From NCBI GenBank assembly GCA_964651815.1, contig CAZYWG010000010.1, positions 1,377 to 65,376 of the forward strand: DNA of 64,000 nt, in the 5' to 3' direction. How positions within the stretch are numbered: the stretch's first letter is position 1; the number at the start of each line of letters is the position of its first letter. This document shows positions 1 through 10,165 of the stretch, in pieces. The notes under the pieces were generated by a model. That model saw nothing but the letters and a program-made list of their open reading frames with translations. It searched no databases and had not been told where the DNA came from. The translations under genes were made by a program, and so were the position numbers. The DNA comes from an uncultured Gammaproteobacteria bacterium. GTDB lineage: Bacteria > Patescibacteriota > Microgenomatia > Levybacterales > GWA1-39-11.

Positions 1-976
1 TGCCCGGCATTTGAAAACGAACTGCTTCCTCTGCAACATGACGGATAAGGCGAGGATTTTCTTCAATTTGAATTGCAGTCATATCGCGATACCAAGTTGT
101 GTGTAATCCCTCCCTTTGCTTAACCAAATCAACTCCATCTGCAACTTCTGGATTTGATGGCCTCAAAATGTCATATATTTGTTTATACCAATGAACAGTT
201 AAATATTCTTGTATCATCCCAAAACCTGTCAAATGTGCATTAGTATAACCCTTACCATGTTGATGTATTCTGGACAGAACTTCTCTTTTCCTCGCATCTA
301 TTGAAGCTTGAGAATGACCGAGTTGTAAAAGGATAATTTCAAAAGGAAGTGCATGTCCTGTCTCATCCGGGTCCCAAATATCATCATTAAAATCACGAAG
401 CCAACTGCTACCGGAAGCATCTGAACCCTCGCGAAATTCTCCGGAGTAAATTGGAGTGGCACATTCCGTATATGCTGAAAGTTCAACCATTCCTTCAAAA
501 TCATTGAGCGTCATTCCTTCCGGAAGAGTCGTTACCAATTTTTTAACATCCAAGCTTTGAGAAGCTACTTCAAGTTGTTCAGGATCAATAAAATTCATTC
601 CTATCCGACTATTCTTAATATCGGCAACATATTTATTAAGTCTTTTGACACCGCGTGGGGTCATACTATAATCTTGGCTTGGCTTAATTTTCTCGGCCAT
701 CCCCTCAAATTTAAATGTCCTAGAACTTCCTGCTTTTGGAGAATCTATTTGGGCTTCTGGTCCTAATCCTCCCAATAACTGCGGTGCTCCTAATTCCAAT
801 GCTTGATTTTGTCTACTCCTTGCATACATGAGACCTGCTGCTCCAAGACCCACAGCAGATCCCACGACTAGAGCTTTTTTTAAATTTCCGTTTTGCGGCG
901 CGCGGGAAAATTCAGTTTCTGCCGGAGGAATATTTGATGGGGTGGCTTCTCTACTCACAATCCTATAAATATACAC
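1..976 (-). CDS. Hypothetical protein, N-terminal part only (C-terminus lies beyond window start). The open frame has no stop from 979 down to position 1. Possible starts are GTG at 976 (then a hydrophobic anchor KKALVVGSAVGLGAAGL) or ATG at 830 preceded by a GGAG-like RBS.
   Basis: Manual translation of the minus strand gives a continuous ORF of more than 320 aa ending ...EEAVRFQMPG at position 1. The ORF track omits it because no in-window stop exists. Confidence 0.45.
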   Translation of the reverse strand, partial: MYIYRIVSREATPSNIPPAETEFSRAPQNGNLKKALVVGSAVGLGAAGLMYARSRQNQALELGAPQLLGGLGPEAQIDSPKAGSSRTFKFEGMAEKIKPSQDYSMTPRGVKRLNKYVADIKNSRIGMNFIDPEQLEVASQSLDVKKLVTTLPEGMTLNDFEGMVELSAYTECATPIYSGEFREGSDASGSSWLRDFNDDIWDPDETGHALPFEIILLQLGHSQASIDARKREVLSRIHQHGKGYTNAHLTGFGMIQEYLTVHWYKQIYDILRPSNPEVADGVDLVKQREGLHTTWYRDMTAIQIEENPRLIRHVAEEAVRFQMPG

Positions 977-1053
977 GATTCACATCTTAAAGTAAATGTT
1001 TTAGATTACTGAAACTTCTTGATTTTGCTGCGCTAAAAAGAGATACTATTTAT

Positions 1054-1671
1054 GTGAAAGTGCTACGTGAACATTTTAAAAAAGTAGAAAAATATAAATT
1101 TCTGCATATTCTTCTGGCTTTCGTAGCCGGATTCTTAGTTGTCTTTTTACTTCTTTCTGGAATACAAGCAATTGACCGTGCACAACAAGACAAACAATGC
1201 ACCACTCACCACAAAACATCAACCGAACCTCCACATGCCTTAATGAGTGCAAACGACTATTTCACCGCAGGAAATTACTTTTATGACTTGGGTAATTGTA
1301 AACAAGCAATAACTGATTACACTGTAGCAATAAGACAGAATCCCAACTTCGCAGAAGCTTATAACAACCGCGCATACACTTATATGCGAATGAGGGATTA
1401 TGCAAATGCACTTCCAGATTTGGACCGCGCAATTTCACTCCGCCCTACATATGTTAATGCTCTTATGAATAGGGGTGATATTTACAATTTTTATTACCAC
1501 ATAGACCGCGCACAGGCGATTTCTGATTATGACCGCGCTATAGCAACAGGGCAAACTCAGCACACAAACGTCTGTGGACACAGAATTCTTGCCGCAAGCG
1601 GCGGCTGGAGTCCTATTGCTGTTGGTGTTATTATCAGGGCAATGGGATTACATAACGTCCCCGGGTGTTGA
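1054..1671 (+). CDS. TPR-repeat protein with N-terminal membrane anchor (GTG start)
   Basis: Repeated AxxYxNRAxxY motifs (AEAYNNRAYTYMRMRDYANALPDLDRAISLRP...), typical of TPR. Confidence 0.55.
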   Translation: MKVLREHFKKVEKYKFLHILLAFVAGFLVVFLLLSGIQAIDRAQQDKQCTTHHKTSTEPPHALMSANDYFTAGNYFYDLGNCKQAITDYTVAIRQNPNFAEAYNNRAYTYMRMRDYANALPDLDRAISLRPTYVNALMNRGDIYNFYYHIDRAQAISDYDRAIATGQTQHTNVCGHRILAASGGWSPIAVGVIIRAMGLHNVPGC

Positions 1672-1715
1672 AGCTCCTGTTACCCAGCAATTTTCAGTTA
1701 AATTGAAATATACAA

Positions 1716-2285
1716 ATGGACCAAAAACTTATTAAGTCAGCACTAAAACTTGAATATATAACAATTGGCTGGAACATTATTGAGGGTTTACTTTGTGTTG
1801 TGGTCGGAATCCTGACCGGGTCTGTTTCTCTAGTTGCATACGGGCTTGAATCAAGTGTTGAGGTTGCAGCATCTGGCCTTGTTGTTTGGGATTTAAAAGG
1901 GGCTGATAAAGCACGCGAAGAAAAAGCTTTAAAGTTGATAGGCGGCGCGTATCTAGTAGTTTCGTTATATATATTTATAGACGCCGCGCAGGATTTATTT
2001 CTTGGCCATCACGCGGAACGTTCTTTTTTGGGGGTAGCCTTACTCGCCGCAACATTTGTTGGCATGATGATTCTCGGACTTTCAAAACGCTCCGTTGGAC
2101 AAAAAATGAAAAGCGCAACTGTTTTAGCAGACGCAAAATTCACGCTAATTGATGGAGCACTTGCCGTAACAGTTTTGATAGGTCTTGCGCTTAATGCTCT
2201 TTTTGGGTGGTGGTGGGCAGATCAAGCTATGGCTTTATTTTTGTCAGGTGTTGCTTTTAGGGAAGGTGTCAGAGAAGTTTTTTAA
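1716..2285 (+). CDS. Short cation-diffusion-facilitator-like membrane protein (TM domain only, no C-terminal cytoplasmic domain)
   Basis: N-terminus ALKLEYITIGWNIIEGLLCVVVGILTGSVSLVAYGLESSVEVAASGLVVW resembles CDF TM1–2; only 189 aa. Confidence 0.4.
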   Translation: MDQKLIKSALKLEYITIGWNIIEGLLCVVVGILTGSVSLVAYGLESSVEVAASGLVVWDLKGADKAREEKALKLIGGAYLVVSLYIFIDAAQDLFLGHHAERSFLGVALLAATFVGMMILGLSKRSVGQKMKSATVLADAKFTLIDGALAVTVLIGLALNALFGWWWADQAMALFLSGVAFREGVREVF

Positions 2286-2297
2286 CGTCTTTCGAAT

Positions 2298-3026
2298 TTA
2301 TTTGGATGCTTTCTTCATCCAGTCGTGAGCAAAAATTTCTGCTCTTCCTTTTTCTATTCCTTCTATTAATTTTGTTGCAACAAATTCCGGCGAATCCACT
2401 GGAGGCAAACCCTCAGTACGTGTATCGACTCCCCAATTCTCATTTTCACCAATACCGTTTTTGTAAAAATCAGTTTTAGTGATGTATGGATAGATTACAC
2501 TGACGCCTATTTTATATTTTGAAAACTCTTCGCGTGCTGTCAAGCTCAGTGCAACAAGCGCTCGCTTTAACGAGGCATATGCAGCAAGACCCGGGATATT
2601 CATTAAAGCCGTCCCGGAACTCACATTTACAATATACCCTTTTCCTTGTTTTTTCATGATTGGAAAAACGCATTGCATTGCAATAAGTGGACCTGACAAA
2701 TTTAATTCAAAAAGAGCTCTATATTTTTTAGGGTCTATGGCTTCTACTTCACTTCTATAACCGCGACCGGCGTTATTTACAAGAATGTCAATTCTGCCAT
2801 AATGTTTTAAAACTTTTTTAACCATATCTTGTATCTCACTTTTCTTAGACATATCGCATGTAACAACGAACGAGCTTGGCAACTCTCCTGAAATCTTTTC
2901 AAGCTTTTTTTTTGACCGCGCAACAAGTGCCACTTTTGCAGCGCGTTTTGAAAACAAACGCGCTACGGCCTCCCCTATCCCTTCCGAAGCACCAGTCACA
3001 ATGACAACTCTATCTTTAAATTGCAT
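2298..3026 (-). CDS. Short-chain dehydrogenase/reductase (SDR) family oxidoreductase
   Basis: TGASxGIG cofactor motif (VIVTGASEGIGEAVA), NNAG, and catalytic YxxxK (YASLKRAL). Confidence 0.75.
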   Translation of the reverse strand: MQFKDRVVIVTGASEGIGEAVARLFSKRAAKVALVARSKKKLEKISGELPSSFVVTCDMSKKSEIQDMVKKVLKHYGRIDILVNNAGRGYRSEVEAIDPKKYRALFELNLSGPLIAMQCVFPIMKKQGKGYIVNVSSGTALMNIPGLAAYASLKRALVALSLTAREEFSKYKIGVSVIYPYITKTDFYKNGIGENENWGVDTRTEGLPPVDSPEFVATKLIEGIEKGRAEIFAHDWMKKASK

Positions 3027-3047
3027 GTACGCTATTATACCAGAGCC

Positions 3048-4208
3048 TTAAATTCTTTTTTTAGTTTTGATGTTCATAAATATAAAAATAGAAATGATTG
3101 CGCAAACAACGGCAAAATAAAAAGTTGCAGCAGGCGCAACAAATGACCAAAGAAGCCCTCCAATCACAGACGCGGCGAGCGTAAAAATACTAGTCACCGT
3201 ATTTAAAACGCCATACGCTATCCCTGCACGCTCCTTATCAATGAGCGAACCAACCATAGCTTTTGAAACGCCGTCAGTTAGCGCAATATAAAATCCATAA
3301 ATTCCAAATAAAGGCCACATAAGAAGCCCGTTTGTATCAAGTGCAAACCCCAGGTAAACTAGCGCAAAGATCACGATTCCCGCAATGAAAACTTTTTTAG
3401 TCCCAATTTTGTCTGATATTATTCCCGCAGGAGTAGAAGCCGCAGCGTAGACAATGTTGTAAACAATATAAGCAGAAATTACTAAAATCAAACTAAGACC
3501 TAAGGACTTTGCCCTGAGAATCAAAAAACTGTCAGAGCTATTGCCAAGTGAAAAAATAACAAGCCCCAGAAGAAAAAGACGCAATTCTCCAGGAAAACTT
3601 TTGAATGATAACGCAAATTTGGTTTTAGTTGTAATAATTTTCTTCCGGGTCTCCTTTACCCAGATGAAAAAAATAAGGCTTAAAAAAGCAGGGATTGTGG
3701 CAATGTATAAAATCAAACGAATATTGTTATGGAATATATACAAAAGCAAAAGTGCAATTGTTGGCCCAACCACAGCTCCCGCTGTATCCATTGACCTATG
3801 AAATCCAAAAATCAAACCTTTATTATTCTCTTCTGTCGCATCAAGTAGCAACGCGTCGCGCGCGCCAGTCCTGGCACCCTTCCCCATCCTGTCAACAATT
3901 CTGCCAATTAAAACAATGGGCCAACTGTAAGACGCGGCTATAATCAATTTAGATACAGCACTCCCTCCGTATCCTGCAATCACAAACGGCTTTCTTTTCT
4001 GCAATCTGTCAGACCAATAACCAAAAGCTGTTTTAAATAATGACGCGCCTCCTTCTGCAACTCCTTCAATAATTCCCACAACAAAAACCGGCGCCCCAAG
4101 GACTTGAGTCAGAAATATTGGCATAACCGGATAAAGCATTTCAGACGCAGTGTCATTGAGGAAGGAAACGAGGCTCAAAAGCCAAACTACCTTAGGAATT
4201 TTCTTCAT
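3048..4208 (-). CDS. MFS transporter
   Basis: About 12 hydrophobic helices. MFS-like loop motif GRIVDRMGKGARTGARDAL between TM2–3. Confidence 0.65.
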   Translation of the reverse strand: MKKIPKVVWLLSLVSFLNDTASEMLYPVMPIFLTQVLGAPVFVVGIIEGVAEGGASLFKTAFGYWSDRLQKRKPFVIAGYGGSAVSKLIIAASYSWPIVLIGRIVDRMGKGARTGARDALLLDATEENNKGLIFGFHRSMDTAGAVVGPTIALLLLYIFHNNIRLILYIATIPAFLSLIFFIWVKETRKKIITTKTKFALSFKSFPGELRLFLLGLVIFSLGNSSDSFLILRAKSLGLSLILVISAYIVYNIVYAAASTPAGIISDKIGTKKVFIAGIVIFALVYLGFALDTNGLLMWPLFGIYGFYIALTDGVSKAMVGSLIDKERAGIAYGVLNTVTSIFTLAASVIGGLLWSFVAPAATFYFAVVCAIISIFIFMNIKTKKRI

Positions 4209-4254
4209 AGCAGAATTATTGTATCAAAAGGTGTGTAATTTATGGGGAGAAAAC

Positions 4255-4608
4255 CTATTTTGCTTTTTTGAGTTGGAGATATTGATAAATTACGAGTACT
4301 AACGCAATTACCATTGCAACAAAAATACCTATATCATCCCCTAGCGCCTCTTTATCTGCGTGTTCTACAACTATTGCACCAAACTTAATTACTACGCCCA
4401 AAACTGTTAATACAACCGGCGCTATTGTTTTTTTGGTAGCGTTTTTCTTGTACCAAAATATTGCAACAATTCCTAAAATCAAAAACAAAACGTCATCAAT
4501 CTTATCCATTGGGTCATCCTCCATGAAAATTTCGGATATTAGCGAGAGGGAGACAATTCCCAAAAATGAGGCCACGAAGAAGTTAAGTTTTTGTGCCATT
4601 TCTTTCAT
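4255..4608 (-). CDS. Small integral membrane protein, unknown function
   Basis: 117 aa with three or four hydrophobic segments. Confidence 0.4.
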   Translation of the reverse strand: MKEMAQKLNFFVASFLGIVSLSLISEIFMEDDPMDKIDDVLFLILGIVAIFWYKKNATKKTIAPVVLTVLGVVIKFGAIVVEHADKEALGDDIGIFVAMVIALVLVIYQYLQLKKAK

Positions 4609-4780
4609 TTATTGTCTGGGTTGTAATGACTTTTTTATAGTCGGCGTTTCTAATCTTTAGTACTATTAATATACATTTTTCGGCCTGTGTCAAGCCCTTT
4701 ACAATTTTAAAAACTTTTTGTATTATATATAAAATAACTTAAGAGTCACTCCTCTTGCAAGTTTCCGGCAGAGACACCTA

Positions 4781-6535
4781 GTGTCTTTTTTTATGGCACA
4801 AAGCATTCATAAAAAATTAGGTCAGTGGGCAGCTACCGCTATTTGCGGCAATGATATCCTGAGTTCGTGTCTGTATGTCTCTGGTATTGCTGTAATTTAC
4901 GCCGGAATTTTTGCGCCAGTTGTTCTTGTAATAATTGTTGCCATACTATTCTTCTACAAGGCCGTTTACACAGAGGTTGTTGAAGCGCTTCCAATAAACG
5001 GAGGCGCGTACAATTGTCTTCTCAACGCAACTTCAAAATCTCTTGCTGCAGTAGCCGGTGTTCTAACTATTCTTTCATACATTGCAACAGCAGTTCTTTC
5101 TGGGAAAGTAAGTATTGAATATCTTCATACCATTTTTACCACAATCCCGGTCATCCCGGCAACAATAGGACTTCTTTTGTTTTTTACTGTCCTAGTAATT
5201 CTTGGGATTAAAGATTCTGCAAAAGTTGCGCTTGGAATTTTTATTCTACACATTGTAAGTCTTGTTGCTTTTGTTTCACTTGGTATTTATACGCTTCTCA
5301 CCCACCACGCTTTATTTATAGAAAATGCCATTCACACTTTCACTTTATTGCACAAAGAAGGTGGAATAGTAATTGCTTTATTCTTGGGATTTTCGGCTTC
5401 ACTTCTTGGAATCTCCGGATTTGAAAGCTCTGCTAATTTTGTGGAAGAACAAGAGGAAGGCGTATTCCGCAAAACACTTAGAAATATGTTGATAGGAGTT
5501 GCAATATTCAACCCTCTAATTGCTTTTATTATTTTGGGTCTCTCCCCTCTATCTGCAATTGTTGCGTCAAAAGATTATCTGCTTTCTCAAGAAGCGCTTA
5601 TTATTGGTGGAAAAATTTTCCAATATTTTATAGTAATCGACGCCTTTGCGGTTTTGGCAGGAGCTGTTTTGACATCATTCGTTGGAGTCTCTGGTCTTAT
5701 TTACAGGATGGCATCCGACGCTTGTTTACCGGGATGGCTTACTCATAAAAACAAGAACGGAAGCCACCCCAGAATCATCATTTTATTTTTCCTACTTTGT
5801 ACATCAATTTTGATCATGACTGGTGGAAATATTCTTTCGCTCGCCGGTGTTTATACAATTGCATTCCTGGGTGTCATGAGCATGTTTGCTCTTGGGAATT
5901 TAATTTTACGCGAAACTAGAACTGATCTTAAACGCACATATTCGGCCCCCATTCTTTTTGTTTTAGTCGCGTTCACTGCTACGCTTTCCGGAATTGCCGG
6001 AAATATTCAAATTGACAAAAACAATCTCATATATTTTGCAATTTATTTTTTCCCTGTAATAATGCTTGTTGAAGGAATTGTTTTTCAAGATGTGAATATC
6101 AGAATTCTAAGACGTCTAACACGTGGTGTTAAATTTGTTAACAAATATCTTGAGGACCATTTTGAAGACATAACTGAGGATAGAATTGTAGCTTTTGTTA
6201 ACCATGTTGAAAGACTCCACCCGCTTCTTACGTATATAAATTCTAATGAAACGGCTTGGAATATAACGCTTGTTCACTGTGCAAATCATGATAACAAAGA
6301 CGACAGGAAACGTTTTGGAGAAATTAAGCAAGCACTCCCGTATTTACAGAAAGCCGGGGCATTCCCTTATTTTAAAATAGAATGTGATTACCTTGATATG
6401 CCATTTGGCCCGGATGCAATAATTGAGGTGGCAAAAAAATATAAAGTCAGACCAAATAGAATTATGATTGGTTCAATTCACCACTTCCACCCTTTTGATT
6501 ACGACGAGCTCGGCGGCGTCCGCATAGTATTCTAG
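4781..6535 (+). CDS. APC-superfamily amino-acid/polyamine permease with about 150-aa C-terminal cytoplasmic extension
   Basis: 12-TM core with N-terminal GQWAATAICGNDILSSCLYVSG signature of amino acid permeases. C-terminal soluble domain has no recognisable family. Confidence 0.65.
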   Translation: MSFFMAQSIHKKLGQWAATAICGNDILSSCLYVSGIAVIYAGIFAPVVLVIIVAILFFYKAVYTEVVEALPINGGAYNCLLNATSKSLAAVAGVLTILSYIATAVLSGKVSIEYLHTIFTTIPVIPATIGLLLFFTVLVILGIKDSAKVALGIFILHIVSLVAFVSLGIYTLLTHHALFIENAIHTFTLLHKEGGIVIALFLGFSASLLGISGFESSANFVEEQEEGVFRKTLRNMLIGVAIFNPLIAFIILGLSPLSAIVASKDYLLSQEALIIGGKIFQYFIVIDAFAVLAGAVLTSFVGVSGLIYRMASDACLPGWLTHKNKNGSHPRIIILFFLLCTSILIMTGGNILSLAGVYTIAFLGVMSMFALGNLILRETRTDLKRTYSAPILFVLVAFTATLSGIAGNIQIDKNNLIYFAIYFFPVIMLVEGIVFQDVNIRILRRLTRGVKFVNKYLEDHFEDITEDRIVAFVNHVERLHPLLTYINSNETAWNITLVHCANHDNKDDRKRFGEIKQALPYLQKAGAFPYFKIECDYLDMPFGPDAIIEVAKKYKVRPNRIMIGSIHHFHPFDYDELGGVRIVF

Positions 6536-6583
6536 TTTTGACTTTAGCCAGGAATAAGTTTTCTGATTGGATAAGCTTTCCAG

Positions 6584-8095
6584 TTAGAACCCAGGGAAGT
6601 AGTCTGTTATTATTTGGCGGTCAGGAATTTTCATAGATTTTAATAACTCTTTTGTTGAATCTACTACTGCTTGGGAACCTGAGATATAAAACGTGCGGCT
6701 CGAATAATCAGAAACTTCGTCTTTTATCATTTGCTGCGTGAGTCGACCAACTCTCCCCCTCCAGTCACTTGTAATCGTTTTCTCATCAGTTAATGTATGA
6801 ACGACTTTTATTCCGAGTTTATCATGTGCGTCATTTAAAACATCCATGTAAACCGCGTCTTTTGCAACTTTATTTATATGAATAACAACTATGTCCCGTC
6901 TTTCATTTTTATCAACCAAATATTTAACCATACTTCTATAAGGCGTAATTCCAATCCCACCCGCAATAAAAACCAACTTTCTATTTTGGTCTTGTGGCAA
7001 AGTAAAATCCCCTGCAAGTTGTCCGGCAAGAAGCGGTGTTTTGGGTTCTAACAATATTAAGGACTTCTTGAAACTACTTCCATTTGGATAAAAACGGACG
7101 CCAAGACGTACTGTGTCTTCTGTTGGCGACGATGCAATAGTAAAGTAGCGCCTATTTCCACGGCTGTCGATTTTAGCATGAGGCAGCGTCCATTCCATGT
7201 ATTGTCCCGGAGTAAATACAAAGCCCGTTGGACGCGGAAAAATAAAATCAACAATATTTTCTCCTATTGCTACTTTTTCTTTTAACTTTAAAATGTATTT
7301 TATTTTTGGGCTAACCGCGTATGAGAAAATATTCCCAACAAGAAGCGCAATTTCAGGAGTTGTATAGTTTCCTGCAATTTTTAATTGAGGTGAAAAAAGA
7401 ATTCCAATTAAAACGCCGTAAATTATTTGTAACTTTTTTGTAGGCGGCGCGGTCAATGGTTCTGTCAACATAACAAATGCAAAGAAAAGAATTGGGGATT
7501 CTGAAAAAGTCGCCCGTATTATTGTGAATGGGTCCGACCCTTTCAGCATCGAAAGTCCGACAATTGTCGCGAGAGCCGCTATAAAATAATAAAATACCAG
7601 ATCAAATCTTCTGATTTTACGGACAACTAAAACTCCAAGGAGTGCAAAAGGAAGCATGGGCAAGGTCCCTATCCACCAAGAAGCAGACCCAATTCCTGTC
7701 AACGCAGTTACTACAATAGCAAAAGCCGCAGGGTTAAAAATATGTTTTCTTTTATACGCAATTATAAATTTTGACGACATAGACAATACTCCTGCCCAAA
7801 AAAGAAACGGCAGATCGTGATAACTATGAAGAGGCGTTATGATAAGTGCAAGAATTAATGCAGTAATATAAACTGATTCGGCGTTTGCGGGTACATCAAA
7901 TACATAAGCAAAAATTTTATTTGTTATATAACAAACTGCAGTTAAAAATAGCGTTGAGAAAATAAGTGTAAATGGATTAAATGCTAGCCAACCTAAAAAA
8001 CAGTAAACAAATGCAACACCAACAAGCAAAATAAGATAGTACAAAAGAAGCTTGTACATTGTTATAGAATTTAGAAAATTATCAATTTGTTTCAT
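6584..8095 (-). CDS. Polytopic membrane protein fused to ferredoxin-NADP+ reductase-like FAD- and NAD(P)-binding domain (membrane flavin oxidoreductase)
   Basis: N-terminal about 230 aa with about 6 TM helices. C-terminal RRYFTIASSP (RxYS FAD motif) and FIAGGIGITP (NAD(P) motif). Confidence 0.65.
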   Translation of the reverse strand: MKQIDNFLNSITMYKLLLYYLILLVGVAFVYCFLGWLAFNPFTLIFSTLFLTAVCYITNKIFAYVFDVPANAESVYITALILALIITPLHSYHDLPFLFWAGVLSMSSKFIIAYKRKHIFNPAAFAIVVTALTGIGSASWWIGTLPMLPFALLGVLVVRKIRRFDLVFYYFIAALATIVGLSMLKGSDPFTIIRATFSESPILFFAFVMLTEPLTAPPTKKLQIIYGVLIGILFSPQLKIAGNYTTPEIALLVGNIFSYAVSPKIKYILKLKEKVAIGENIVDFIFPRPTGFVFTPGQYMEWTLPHAKIDSRGNRRYFTIASSPTEDTVRLGVRFYPNGSSFKKSLILLEPKTPLLAGQLAGDFTLPQDQNRKLVFIAGGIGITPYRSMVKYLVDKNERRDIVVIHINKVAKDAVYMDVLNDAHDKLGIKVVHTLTDEKTITSDWRGRVGRLTQQMIKDEVSDYSSRTFYISGSQAVVDSTKELLKSMKIPDRQIITDYFPGF

Positions 8096-8826
8096 ACTAC
8101 AAACTTTTCAAAACCTGACGTATATGTTGCAATCCCCTTCTTATCTATCATATAACCTTCGAGATCTTTTTGTCTCTCAATAAATTCAATTCCGGTTGCT
8201 CCCATTGCAAATGCTGCAGTAGCAAAGCGGTCAGCCTCATATATATTGGGACCTATAACCGTAATACTGGCTACAGAATCAGCCTCTTTACCCGTTTTGG
8301 GGTTATATATATGAAAGCCACGCTCATATGTGCCTGACGTAGCCACACCAACGTTCGAAACAGCTATAACCTTCACATTCTCGCTAGTTTTGAATGGATT
8401 TTTTATTCCCACCCTCCATTTTTCACTTTTCGAATTTACGCCCTGCACTTCTATATCTCCACCTGCCTCTACATAAAAATTTTTAAAACCTGCCTTGTTC
8501 AAAATACATGCGGCATTATATATTGCCCAACCCTTTACAATCCCTGACGGATCAATTTTCCCGTTCCGGTAGATATCAAAAAATCCATCCGTTTCTTGCT
8601 TAGTTTTTTCAGCGAGCTTAAAAATTTCATTCATCTCATCACTGAATTTTCTTTGCTCGATTTCTTTACGGTTTATCTTTGAAATTTCGGAAGTTTTTTT
8701 ATAAGTGCTAAACTTTTCATCTACGTATTTGAAATAATCAAAAATTCGCTCAAATATTTTCTTGGAAGAACTGCCCACAATCTCAATTGTCACGGGCATC
8801 CCCATTATTATTCTTGTCTTCTTCAT
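8092..8826 (-). CDS. apbE: FAD:protein FMN transferase (ApbE family)
   Basis: IMGMPVTIEI, DPSGIVKGWA, GGD, VATSGTYERGF ApbE signatures. Start overlaps upstream stop by 1 nt, so translationally coupled. Confidence 0.75.
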   Translation of the reverse strand: MKKTRIIMGMPVTIEIVGSSSKKIFERIFDYFKYVDEKFSTYKKTSEISKINRKEIEQRKFSDEMNEIFKLAEKTKQETDGFFDIYRNGKIDPSGIVKGWAIYNAACILNKAGFKNFYVEAGGDIEVQGVNSKSEKWRVGIKNPFKTSENVKVIAVSNVGVATSGTYERGFHIYNPKTGKEADSVASITVIGPNIYEADRFATAAFAMGATGIEFIERQKDLEGYMIDKKGIATYTSGFEKFVV

Positions 8827-9329
8827 TAGCTTGCTTTTGAGAGAGCACTCTGGAGAGATAGTCTAAACGCCTCCGATGTTTGAGTGGCGCCAGTTATAAT
8901 ATCAACGTTTGCGTTCTGAGCGACAATTGCCTCTTGTTTCAGATACGGCATTGCTTGAGTATTTATCATGACAGATGTCCCGCGGTCATTTGGATATTGC
9001 AAAAAAGTAACGTCACTAATTTTCCCGCCAGTGATTGCGACTTCAACTTGAATGTTACCGTAAAACGCGTCTGTTACGTCCCCCGTATACTGCCCATCTT
9101 TATACTTTCCTGCTTGCGGCGCTGGCGTTGATGTAGGATTTAGCACAGAACCTGCTGTAGGGGGCGGTGCTGATGAAGACGCAGTTGTTGGAATTGGAAA
9201 GGAAGTCGGCTGCACTTTTTGCGGCGGAACAACGTGTGCCGCCTCTTGTTCAGAACTTTGGTGCAACAAATATATAGCAAATATGAAAATAACAAATGCA
9301 GATAAAGCAACTTTTTTCATGAGAAACAA
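8826..9329 (-). CDS. Extracytoplasmic FMN-binding domain protein (NqrC/RnfG-like), membrane-anchored with Pro/Thr-rich linker
   Basis: N-terminal TM anchor, then a PTS-rich linker, then DIITGATQTSEAF, which matches the D-x-x-SGAT-x-TS covalent-FMN threonine motif. Confidence 0.65.
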   Translation of the reverse strand: MFLMKKVALSAFVIFIFAIYLLHQSSEQEAAHVVPPQKVQPTSFPIPTTASSSAPPPTAGSVLNPTSTPAPQAGKYKDGQYTGDVTDAFYGNIQVEVAITGGKISDVTFLQYPNDRGTSVMINTQAMPYLKQEAIVAQNANVDIITGATQTSEAFRLSLQSALSKAS

Positions 9330-9388
9330 TAGTATTTCAGCTTACTGAAAAAGAGCTGAAACTTAATATACCCTTTTTATACCCTATT

Positions 9389-10132
9389 TTACTTTTCGCC
9401 TTTTTTCCAACTGGCAGAACTCAGTACTGGCGCGTAAACATCATCATCTATACTAATTTTTAGGTCGTCGATTTCCTGTTGTGTAGGATTTCGGTCTTGG
9501 AATTTTACAAACGGAACATCAGTTATTACAACAATTGGCGTCTGCTCGTTTCCTTCCCCTCCTGATAACGCTGCCGCTGCGCCCAAAGCGTCTGATATTG
9601 CAACTTTTGTCATTTTGAGTTGACGGCCAAAAATGTCAGGCGTCCCAATTAAATCGTTTAGCGCTGCAAATCCTGAATGCGCAATAGAGATTCCTGTCAC
9701 ACCCCACCTTAAAGGAGTAGTTTTGCTGTCCGTTATTATTACTCCGAATTCCTTGAGGCCGAATTTTTTAACAAAATGCTCGCGGATCGCGTTTGCACTT
9801 TTCTGCGAATCCTCTGGCCATAAAACATAAAATCCACCAGTATTTGACTCATCTATCCCGCCGGAGACTGCAAGAATATTATTTTTTATGGTAAGGAATA
9901 AATTGTATTTATTTTCTTCTTTTGGTAAATAAAAATCTGCCTCCTGTTTTATGAGTTCATCTTTATCAGAATTTTCGACTGGTGTTACTCTCCCCTCACA
10001 AATTGCAACAACTTTACTACTCACGGCCAGAATTGAACCTTCCTCAAGTTTTTCTACATATTTATCAAGCAGCTCAAATAATCCAATAGATCCCGCTTTT
10101 ACCTTTTCCGTTTTTATTGCTACAACATTCAT
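9389..10132 (-). CDS. CofE-like protein (coenzyme F420-0:L-glutamate ligase family)
   Basis: LAVSSKVVAICEGR, ITDSKTTPLRWG, GAAAALSGGEG motifs typical of the CofE/FbiB N-terminal domain. Confidence 0.55.
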   Translation of the reverse strand: MNVVAIKTEKVKAGSIGLFELLDKYVEKLEEGSILAVSSKVVAICEGRVTPVENSDKDELIKQEADFYLPKEENKYNLFLTIKNNILAVSGGIDESNTGGFYVLWPEDSQKSANAIREHFVKKFGLKEFGVIITDSKTTPLRWGVTGISIAHSGFAALNDLIGTPDIFGRQLKMTKVAISDALGAAAALSGGEGNEQTPIVVITDVPFVKFQDRNPTQQEIDDLKISIDDDVYAPVLSSASWKKGEK

Positions 10133-10165
10133 AATCTTGTCAAGCCAGGGATGACAACTGCATTG

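Noticed and set aside
3541-3943. Plus-strand ORFs 3541..3801 and 3695..3943, and similar short ORFs antisense to long genes (for example 8880..9131, 9633..9830, 14356..14751, 21898..22239, 33301..33573, 48210..48644, 55043..55298, 57784..58083, 61325..62137)
   Set aside because: They lie entirely inside, and antisense to or out of frame with, well-supported long CDSs, with low-complexity translations. They are treated as spurious.
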